NCBI GenBank assembly: GCA_963750545.1
Contig: CAVVQY010000005.1
Coordinates: 4,881 to 68,880, forward strand
DNA: 64,000 nucleotides
From: an uncultured Actinomycetes bacterium
GTDB taxonomy: Bacteria > Actinomycetota > Thermoleophilia > Gaiellales > Gaiellaceae
Direction: 5' to 3'
This document shows, piece by piece, positions 40,540-47,635 of the stretch. The notes below the pieces were generated by a model. That model was not told where the DNA came from. It saw only the letters and a program-made list of their open reading frames with translations, and did no database searches. How positions within the stretch are numbered: position 1 is the first letter of the stretch; each line of letters opens with the position of its first letter. A program made the position numbers and the translations under genes.

Positions 40540-40989
40540 TCAAAGGCAAGGCCGCGCCTCGGCGCTCGCCTGAGACGGAACCGCGCCGACCTGCTGCAAC
40601 ATCCCGAGCATGTCCGATTCGCTCCACTCCTCGGCGATCATGCCGTCTTCGATCCGAAAAACCGTGATCCCGGAGGTCACCAAGCGCTTGCCGGTCGGCG
40701 GGATTCCCATGAAGTCGCCGCTGTGCGTCCCGACCGACGTCCAGCGGGCCACGACCCTGTCGTCCTCGGCGACCAGGTCCTCAACGGGACGCTGGAGGTC
40801 CGGAAAAGCGTCGAATGTCGCCAGCCCGAACTGCCGGTGCATGTCGATCGTCACCGGCGGCATGCCGGAGAAGTGGCCGACGAGGCCAGCGCTGTAGATC
40901 CGATCATGCTCGGCGAGGAAAGCCTCGCGGCCTTCGCTCATCGACTCGAATGCGCGGCGGACGATCCGCTTGTTCTCCTCGAGCGTCAT
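40540..40989 (-). CDS. SnoaL-like 'ester cyclase' family protein (NTF2 superfamily), 149 aa, intact
   Basis: ORF 40540..40989 gives MTLEENKRIVRRAFESMSEG...DAFPDLQRPVEDLVAEDDRVVARWTSVGTHSGDFMGIPPTGKRLVTSGITVFRIEDGMIAEEWSESDMLGMLQQVGAVP. Confidence 0.85.
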   Translation of the reverse strand: MTLEENKRIVRRAFESMSEGREAFLAEHDRIYSAGLVGHFSGMPPVTIDMHRQFGLATFDAFPDLQRPVEDLVAEDDRVVARWTSVGTHSGDFMGIPPTGKRLVTSGITVFRIEDGMIAEEWSESDMLGMLQQVGAVPSQASAEARPCL

Positions 40990-41022
40990 CCGCGATCTCC
41001 GATCCGGAGGGATCGCATGCTC

Positions 41023-41433
41023 CTACTTCCACTCGTAGTACTTGATCTCCATGTTTCGTGCCGTCTCGTCGATCTCGAACTCGAACAGCACGGCGATGCT
41101 GTTCAGTTGGGCGAAGTGCGGTGAGGCGCTGAAGAAGTACAGGGCTCCGCGCCAGGAGGCGGCGCCGCCGCGGCCGAGCATGTGGCCGACGCCGGTTCCC
41201 GTGTACGAGGCGGCCTCGGCCTCTTGCGTGAAGATCACGCCGTCCGCCGACCCGGTGAAGTTCCCGTCCGGCCGATACACCGACGCGTACGTCGCGTAGT
41301 CGACGAAGGGCACGCCGAGCATCGTGCCCTGGCCCTGGAACTGGCTTTCCACCTTGACTCCGAAGCCGTCCTTGACGACACGAAACGCGGTGACAGACCC
41401 TGTCTCCTCGCCGATGAGCTCTCCAAATGCCAC
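41023..41433 (-). CDS. Hypothetical protein (137 aa from the GTG at 41433), embedded in the ester-cyclase array
   Basis: ORF 41023..41613 is the longest version. GGGAGGTGGAGAA-GTG at 41433 gives a well-placed RBS. The product is VAFGELIGEETGSVTAFRVVKDGFGVKVESQFQGQGTMLGVPFVDYATYASVYRPDGNFTGSADGVIFTQEAEAASYTGTGVGHMLGRGGAASWRGALYFFSASPHFAQLNSIAVLFEFEIDETARNMEIKYYEWK. It looks beta-rich, and I recognise no family. Confidence 0.5.
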   Translation of the reverse strand: MAFGELIGEETGSVTAFRVVKDGFGVKVESQFQGQGTMLGVPFVDYATYASVYRPDGNFTGSADGVIFTQEAEAASYTGTGVGHMLGRGGAASWRGALYFFSASPHFAQLNSIAVLFEFEIDETARNMEIKYYEWK

Positions 41434-41611
41434 TTCTCCACCTCCCGGTCGTTGACCCGTGGTGGGGGAATACACGGCGGGACGAGGCGTGTCAACCGAG
41501 TGCCGTTGCCGTTTGCCAAGCGCGCGAGCGCCGAAGTAGGATCGGTCCGACCGTGTGGCGCGCGAGGCCGCGCCGGCGGGATCCATTGCCGCCGACCCGA
41601 GGAGGGATGCC

Positions 41612-42043
41612 ATGCCCGAAGCCGAGAACCGCCTTCTCTTCCAGCGCTACTTCGATGACGCCGCGAACGGGGGCAACCTCGACCTGCTCGACGAGATCTT
41701 CGCGACCGATTACCTGCATCACGATCCGGCGAATCCCGATCCGCGACCGGTGGTCGGCCCGCAGGGGGTCCGCGACCACCTGATCTCGCTCATGGGCGCG
41801 TTCCCCGACCTCAAGTTCGAGATCGACGACACCGTCGCGCAGGGAGAGGAGATCGTCGTCCGCTGGACGGCCCGCGGGACGAACACCGGTGACTACTTCG
41901 GGATGCCCGCCACGGGCAAGCCGATCGAGATCACCGGGATGAACACGTGGAACGTGCGAGACGGCAAGGCGATCGAGGGTTGGGTCAACCGCGACGACAT
42001 GGGCCTTCTGCAGCAGCTCGGCGTGGTTCCGACACCCGGTTGA
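41612..42043 (+). CDS. SnoaL-like 'ester cyclase' family protein, intact
   Basis: GGAGGG lies upstream of the ATG at 41612, within ORF 41555..42043. The product is MPEAENRLLFQRYFDDAANGGNLDLLDEIFATDYLHHDP...GAFPDLKFEIDDTVAQGEEIVVRWTARGTNTGDYFGMPATGKPIEITGMNTWNVRDGKAIEGWVNRDDMGLLQQLGVVP. Confidence 0.85.
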   Translation: MPEAENRLLFQRYFDDAANGGNLDLLDEIFATDYLHHDPANPDPRPVVGPQGVRDHLISLMGAFPDLKFEIDDTVAQGEEIVVRWTARGTNTGDYFGMPATGKPIEITGMNTWNVRDGKAIEGWVNRDDMGLLQQLGVVPTPG

Positions 42044-42075
42044 CTCCGTAACTATCGGCAGCAGAGGAGAGAACG

Positions 42076-43035
42076 ATGGGCTTGGAAGCAGATCGCACGA
42101 GAGACCTCGTCCTACGCATGTACGACGAGGTCTGGAACAAGGGGAACATGGCGGCCGCGGACGACGCCGTCTCTCCCGACTTCGACGACCACCCGCCGAC
42201 CCGCTTCTTCGACGTCGGCCGCACGGGCCCCGGGGCGCTGACGGAGGCTGCGGAGTCCTTCCGCAACGCGATCCCCGACTTCCACGACACGCCCGAGCTC
42301 GTCGTGGTCGAGGGCGACCGCGCCGCCTACCTGGGGATGATCTCCGGCGTCCAGACAGGCGAGATGTTCGGCTTCCCGCCGAAGAACCGGCGGATGCGCG
42401 TCTGGGGCATCAACATCTTCGCGCTGCGCGACGGACTCATCTCCGAGCGCTGGGGCCAGTTCGACGTGCTGAGCATGATGCAGCAGCTCGGCGTCGCCCC
42501 GGGGCCCCCGATGCCGGAGGCGCCCGAGCAGGGGCCGGAGTACGGCGACCCGCACCGCTCGGGCCAGGACCCTCCGACCGACATCGAGGCGAACAAGGCC
42601 GTCTACCGCCGCATGGTCGACGAGGTCGTGAACCAGGGGAACTTCGACGTCATTCCGGAGCTCTTTCATCCCGACTACGTCGACCACGTCGCGCCGCCGG
42701 GCTCGCCGCCCGGGCTCGCCGGCGTCGAGGCGATCTTTCGTATGTTCCGCACGGGCTTCCCCGACGTGAAGTTCACGATCGACCAGATGATCGGCGAGGG
42801 GAACTACGTCGCCACGCTCGTCCACGGCGAGGGCACGCATACCGGCCAGTTCATCGAGTTCCCGCCGAGTGGCAAGCACGCAGTCTGGCGCTCGGTCGGC
42901 TTCTTCCGCATCGAGGACGGGAAGATCCGCGAGCACTGGGGCATCCCGGACCTGCTCGGGCTCCTGATCCAGATCGGCGTCATCCCTCCGCCGCAGGCCG
43001 CGAGCGCCGCGGGCACGGTGGAGGCACAGGTCTGA
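42076..43035 (+). CDS. Di-domain protein: two tandem SnoaL-like 'ester cyclase' domains joined by a Pro-rich linker, 319 aa, intact
   Basis: ORF 42076..43035. Domain 1 ends ...MFGFPPKNRRMRVWGINIFALRDGLISERWGQFDVLSMMQQLGVAPGPP. The linker is MPEAPEQGPEYGDPHRSGQDPP. Domain 2 is NKAVYRRMVDEVVNQGNFDVIPELFHPDYVDH...FIEFPPSGKHAVWRSVGFFRIEDGKIREHWGIPDLLGLLIQIGVIP. Confidence 0.85.
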   Translation: MGLEADRTRDLVLRMYDEVWNKGNMAAADDAVSPDFDDHPPTRFFDVGRTGPGALTEAAESFRNAIPDFHDTPELVVVEGDRAAYLGMISGVQTGEMFGFPPKNRRMRVWGINIFALRDGLISERWGQFDVLSMMQQLGVAPGPPMPEAPEQGPEYGDPHRSGQDPPTDIEANKAVYRRMVDEVVNQGNFDVIPELFHPDYVDHVAPPGSPPGLAGVEAIFRMFRTGFPDVKFTIDQMIGEGNYVATLVHGEGTHTGQFIEFPPSGKHAVWRSVGFFRIEDGKIREHWGIPDLLGLLIQIGVIPPPQAASAAGTVEAQV

Positions 43036-43454
43036 TGGGCGTCGAAGCGAACAGGGCACTCATCCAGCGCTTCTACGACGAGGGCTGGAACGCCAACAAC
43101 CTCGACGTCTACGACGAGCTCGTGACCGACGACTTCGTCGATCACCAGGCGATCCCGGGCCTCGAGCCCGGACGCGAGGGCTTCAAGATGCTGAACGTGA
43201 TGTTCCGCTCGGCGTTCCCGGACGTCTGGGTGGACGTCGATCAGATCGTCGCAGAGGACGACAAGGTCGGCTGCCGGTGGACCTCGACGGGGACGCACCA
43301 GGGCGACCTGTTCGGCATCCCACCGACCGGCAACAAAGTGAAGATCACCGCGACGGTCTGGTATCGGGTCGAGAACGGCCGGCTTGCAGAGGGCTGGATC
43401 AACCGGGACGACGTCGGCCTGATGCGCCAGCTCGGCGTCATCCCCTCCGGGTAG
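43035..43454 (+). CDS. SnoaL-like 'ester cyclase' family protein, 139 aa, intact
   Basis: ORF 43035..43454 has a TGATG overlap with the upstream stop. The product is MGVEANRALIQRFYDEGWNANNLDVYDELVTDDFVDHQ...SAFPDVWVDVDQIVAEDDKVGCRWTSTGTHQGDLFGIPPTGNKVKITATVWYRVENGRLAEGWINRDDVGLMRQLGVIP. Confidence 0.85.
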   Translation: MGVEANRALIQRFYDEGWNANNLDVYDELVTDDFVDHQAIPGLEPGREGFKMLNVMFRSAFPDVWVDVDQIVAEDDKVGCRWTSTGTHQGDLFGIPPTGNKVKITATVWYRVENGRLAEGWINRDDVGLMRQLGVIPSG

Positions 43455-43468
43455 CCGGAGCGGCTCTC

Positions 43469-43507
43469 GAGGAAGCGGCGGCGGGCGCCGGCCGCCGCCG
43501 CTTCCTC
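43469..43507. terminator. Perfect 16-bp GC-rich hairpin between convergent genes (candidate bidirectional intrinsic terminator)
   Basis: GAGGAAGCGGCGGCGG (43469-43484), a 7-nt loop GCGCCGG, then CCGCCGCCGCTTCCTC (43492-43507). It lies between the + stop at 43454 and the - stop at 43550. Confidence 0.55.
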
Positions 43508-43549
43508 AGCTCGTCGACGCCGGCGCCTCAGATGCGGCGTCGCCGAAGA

Positions 43550-45067
43550 TCAGCGTCGAGATGGCGCCCGTCGCCGCGCGGTTGGGACGAACGGCGAGAC
43601 GACGTGGGTCTCGACGTGCTCCGTCACCGGCTCGTGCGCGGCCCTCACGCCGTGCAGGAGCGCGAACGTGAGCCCGACGCCGATGAAGGCGATGACCGCA
43701 AGCGTCCAGTAGGCGAGGGTGAAGCCGCTCACCATCGCCTGCTGCGTGGCGAGCTGCTGCGGCACGCCCTGCTGCAGCAGGTGCGGAAGCTCGTGCGAGA
43801 GACGTGTGCTGAAGATCGTCGCTGCGATCGCGAGGCCGACGGCCCCTCCGACCTGCTGTGTCGTGTTCATCAGGCCGGAGGCGAGGCCGGTGTCGCGCTC
43901 GGAGACGCCCGCCAGAGCGAGAATCGAGATCGGCACGAACGTGAAGCCGGTGCCGAGGCCGATCAGGAGCAGCGGGCCGAAGAGGTTCTTGAAGTACACG
44001 CCCTCGACCGGGATCTGCGCGAACCAGACGAGCCCGACGCCCATCGCCGTCAGGCCCGTCACCACCACGTACTTCGGGCCGATCCGCGTCACGAGCGTCT
44101 CCGCGATGCCGGCCGAGATCACGGCCATCAGCGCCGTCGCGAGCATCGCGATCCCGGTCTGGAGCGATGAGTACCCGAGTACCTCCTGCGTGTACAGCGT
44201 CAGCAGGAAGAAGGTGCTGAACATGACCGCGCCGACGACGACGCCGACCACGTTCGCAGTCGTCACGGTGCGCAGCCGCCAGATCTTCAGGGGCATCAGA
44301 GGCGCCGTCACCCTGCTCTCGATGAAGACGAACAGCCCCAGCAGCGCGGCCGAGGCGATCAGGAGACCGATCGTCCGGGCCGATGTCCAGCCGACGTCCG
44401 GCGCCTTCGAGATCGCGTAGACGAGCAGGATGATCGAGCCGGTGACCGTGAATGCGCCGAGGGGGTCGTAGCGCCGTTTGTCGACCTCGACACGGCTCTC
44501 GCGAACGAAGAACGGGGTCAGCATGAGCACGACCGCACCGATCGGGATGTTGACGAAGAAGATCCACTCCCACCCCGCGTACTTGGTCAGGAAGCCGCCG
44601 AGGATGACGCCGATCGCGGCGCCGCTCCCGCCGAGCGCTCCCCAGACCCCGAGCGCCTTGTTGCGCTCGGCGCCCTCCGGGAATGCGGTACTGACGATCG
44701 AGAGCGCGGCCGGTGCGATGATCGCGGCGCCGACGCCCTGGACGCCGCGCATCGCGATCAGGAAGCCCTCCGACTGCGCGAGCCCGCAGGCGAGCGAGGC
44801 GAGCACGAAGACCCCCACGCCGACGAGGAAGACGATGCGCCGCCCGAGCAGGTCGGCCGCACGACCGCCGAGAAGGAGGAAGCCGCCGAACGTGATCGCG
44901 TAGGCCGTGACGACCCACTGGAGGTTCTCCGGCGAGAAGTCGAGCTCCTCGCCGATCGTCGGCAGCGCGACGTTCACGATCGAGATGTCGAGCACGGTCA
45001 TCAGGAAGGCGGCCCCGACGATCGCAAGCGCTTTCCACCGGTTCGGGTCTGGGAGGGCTTGGTTCAT
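43550..45067 (-). CDS. MFS transporter, DHA2 (EmrB/QacA-like, 14-TMS) drug:H+ antiporter family, 505 aa, intact
   Basis: ORF 43550..45067 gives NRWKALAIVGAAFLMTVLDISIVNVALPTIGEELDFSPENLQWVVTAYAITFGGFLLLGGRAADLLGRRIVFLVGVGVFVLASLACG...MRGVQGVGAAIIAPAALSIV. These are characteristic DHA2 motifs, with many hydrophobic helices. Confidence 0.9.
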   Translation of the reverse strand: MNQALPDPNRWKALAIVGAAFLMTVLDISIVNVALPTIGEELDFSPENLQWVVTAYAITFGGFLLLGGRAADLLGRRIVFLVGVGVFVLASLACGLAQSEGFLIAMRGVQGVGAAIIAPAALSIVSTAFPEGAERNKALGVWGALGGSGAAIGVILGGFLTKYAGWEWIFFVNIPIGAVVLMLTPFFVRESRVEVDKRRYDPLGAFTVTGSIILLVYAISKAPDVGWTSARTIGLLIASAALLGLFVFIESRVTAPLMPLKIWRLRTVTTANVVGVVVGAVMFSTFFLLTLYTQEVLGYSSLQTGIAMLATALMAVISAGIAETLVTRIGPKYVVVTGLTAMGVGLVWFAQIPVEGVYFKNLFGPLLLIGLGTGFTFVPISILALAGVSERDTGLASGLMNTTQQVGGAVGLAIAATIFSTRLSHELPHLLQQGVPQQLATQQAMVSGFTLAYWTLAVIAFIGVGLTFALLHGVRAAHEPVTEHVETHVVSPFVPTARRRAPSRR

Positions 45068-45224
45068 CGCGCGACCCTAGCGACCCGTCTCGCGACGCGA
45101 CGGTACGACCCGGCGGGACCGCCACCCATCGATCTTCCCGACCGGCGCGAGAGCCGCCCCTGACGGAGCGGCGGTCTCGCGATGTGGTCGACGCCGACCG
45201 CCGGGGCGGCGCGCCGCGGCTTCC

Positions 45225-46699
45225 CTAGACGTCGGCCGCCGGAACGGCTTCTTTGGCGACCGCGATGTGCTGCACGTCCACCGGTACGCAACTCCCCATG
45301 CCGGCGAAGGACGGAACGCCCGCGTCGTCCCGCTGGCGTGCTGCTTTCGGGATCAGCAGGGCGATCAGCGCCCCGACGGCGAGCACGGTCGCGCCGACCC
45401 AGAGCGCCGGCACGAGACCGTCGAGGTACGCCTGGCCGGGCGGCGGGTAGTGGCCGTACTCCGCGAAGATCGCGGCCAGCACGGCGACACCGAAGACGCC
45501 GCCGACCTCACGCAGGGCGTTGTTGGCGCCCGAGGCCTGCCCCTCTTCCTCCGGCCGGACCGCCGAGAGGACGACGTTCGCGACCGGCGCGAAGAAGAGG
45601 CCCATGCCCACGCCCGCGATGATGAACGGGCCGACCAGGGACACGAACCCGAGGTCGGGCGTCACGATCGCCGCCATCCATCCGAGCGCGACCGCCTGCA
45701 GCGCGAGGCCGAGCGCCATCAACGGCCGCCCACCGACCCGGTCCGACATCGCGCCGGCGACCGGCGCCACGAACATGGTCACCCCGGTCCACGCGAGCAT
45801 GCGGAGGCCGGCCTCGAACGGCGTGTACTGGAGCACTATCTGCAGGTACTGCGTCAGCAGGAAGATCGAGCCGAACATCCCGAAGTACATGCACACGGAG
45901 ACGGCGTTCGTGGCCGCGAACGCCCGATTGCGGAAAAAGCGAAGCGGCAGCATCGGCTCCGGCGTGCGGTTCTCCCACCAGAGGAAGATGCCGATGAGGA
46001 TGAGGCCGATCGAGCATCGACGCCGATCACCTCGGACGAGCCCCAGCCCTGGGTCTCCGAGCGGACGACGCCCCAAACGAGGCCGAAGAGCCCGAAGCCG
46101 CTGAGGACGAGACCGACGAGGTCGAGCTTGTCGTTCGGGCCGGTCGTCTCGTTCAGGTGCCTCAGGGCGAGCGGAATCGCGACGATGCCGATCGGGACGT
46201 TCAGCCAGAAGATCCACTGCCAGCTGATGCCGTCGACGATCGCGCCGCCCACGACCGGGCCGATCGCGACCGCCAGGCCGGCGATGCCGCCCCAGGCGCC
46301 CAGGATCGCGCCGCGCTTCTCGCGCGGCGCCGCGGCGGCGAGGATCGTGAGCGTGAGCGGCGTGACGATCGCAGCGCCCATGCCCTGGAGTGCACGGGCA
46401 ACGATCAGCGATTCGATCCCGCTCGAGAGCGCGGCCAGGACGGAGGCGGCCGTGAAGATCGTCATCCCGATCACGAACATGCGCTTGCGCCCGAAGCGGT
46501 CGCCCAGCGCGGCCCCGGTCAGGAGCAGGACGGCGAAGGTCAGCGTGTAGGCGTTCACCGTCCAGACGAGCTCGGTCGGAGACGCGTCCAGGTCCACCTT
46601 GATCACGGGTAGGGCGGTCACCACGACGAGGTTGTCGAGCGCCGTCATGAACAGCGCGATCGTGGTGATGCCGAACGTCCAAGCCAGCTTGTTCTCCAC
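45225..46699 (-). CDS. Second MFS DHA2-family transporter; one frame disruption near 46020
   Basis: GAGGAGG lies upstream of the GTG at 46699. ORF 45854..46699 gives MENKLAWTFGITTIALFMTALDNLVVVTALPVIKVDLDASPTELVWTVNAYTLTFAVLLLTGAALGDRFGRKRMFVIGMTIF...ARALQGMGAAIVTPLTL. The C-terminal half is in ORF 45225..47165 (SIGLILIGIFLWWENRTPEPMLPLRFFRNRAFAATN...). Confidence 0.85.
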
Positions 46700-46715
46700 C
46701 TGTGCCTCCTCGTGG

Positions 46716-46727
46716 GTAGGCGCCTAC
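46716..46727. promoter_or_regulatory. Perfect 12-bp palindrome GTAGGCGCCTAC just upstream of the MFS gene start (candidate operator)
   Basis: Read directly from the sequence. It lies 17-28 nt upstream of the GTG at 46699, between the RBS and the upstream gene's stop (46763). No adjacent TetR/MarR-type regulator gene is visible. Confidence 0.25.
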
Positions 46728-46762
46728 TCTAGAACGAAAGCGGCGCTCGCGGAACCGACAGG

Positions 46763-47521
46763 CTACGCGGTGCCGTCGGGCGCGTCGGGACCGCCCTCGA
46801 GCCCCGGCAGGCTCTGCCCGGCGAGCGCCTTGGCGATCTCTTCCGGCGTCTGGGCGCGGATCGCGCCGGTGAACTGGCGGGTGCGCGCAACCCTGGTCGG
46901 GCGTTGCGGAGCGCCGACGATCTGCTCGACCTGAGGGTTGACGATCTGCTCGCGAACCTGCTCGAGCAGCACGTCGACCGCTTCGGCCATCTGGGCGACG
47001 AAGGTCGCGATGATCGGGTTCACGACGGCCTCGTCGACCGAGGCGTCGGCCTTGAAGCGGAGCCGCCAGCGAAGCTCCTCGACGTGTCCGTAGAAGGTCG
47101 CGAGGTCGGCCATCAGCTCGTAGTCGGAGACGATCACTCCGAGCGGACCGCTCGCAGCGGCCCACGAGCCGGCGGGTAGATCGGGGAAGAAGTGCTTGTA
47201 GTTGTGCGCTTCGCGCTTCGTGCGCTCGATGCTCGCCTTCAGGCGCTCCAGCTCGAGCTCGAGGGCGCCGAAGCGCCGCTTGGCCTCGACGACGCGCCGC
47301 TCCTGCTCGTGCTGGAGCCGTTCGGCCGCACGGCGGCGCTCAGCCTCGTTCTGGCGCACCTCGTCCTGGAGGCGCGAGTGGCGGTCCCAGAAGAGCGCGG
47401 TCGTGAAGGCGAGTGCGGCGCCCGAGTAGCCGCCGATCACGAGCGGCCACATGATCTCGCCGGTGTAGTAGTGCGCGCCGACGATCGGCGCGACCACCGC
47501 GGCGACGAGCGACAACGTCAA
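46763..47521 (-). CDS. Hypothetical membrane-anchored coiled-coil protein (252 aa), intact
   Basis: ORF 46763..47521. The N-terminus has two hydrophobic helices (LSLVAAVVAPIVGAHYY; MWPLVIGGYSGAALAFTTALFW). A charged heptad-like segment follows (RLQDEVRQNEAERRRAAERLQHEQERRVVEAKRRFGALELELERLKASIERTKRE). I recognise no family. Confidence 0.6.
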   Translation of the reverse strand: MTLSLVAAVVAPIVGAHYYTGEIMWPLVIGGYSGAALAFTTALFWDRHSRLQDEVRQNEAERRRAAERLQHEQERRVVEAKRRFGALELELERLKASIERTKREAHNYKHFFPDLPAGSWAAASGPLGVIVSDYELMADLATFYGHVEELRWRLRFKADASVDEAVVNPIIATFVAQMAEAVDVLLEQVREQIVNPQVEQIVGAPQRPTRVARTRQFTGAIRAQTPEEIAKALAGQSLPGLEGGPDAPDGTA

Positions 47522-47635
47522 GAGCTGGAGCGGCCGGGTGTTGTGCAGCCCTTCGTACCAGTGCCGCTTGCTCGAGCCTCACTCCCCGGTGCCATGCGCG
47601 CCGAGTCTATCGAGGGTCGGCGACGGCTCTGCCGC

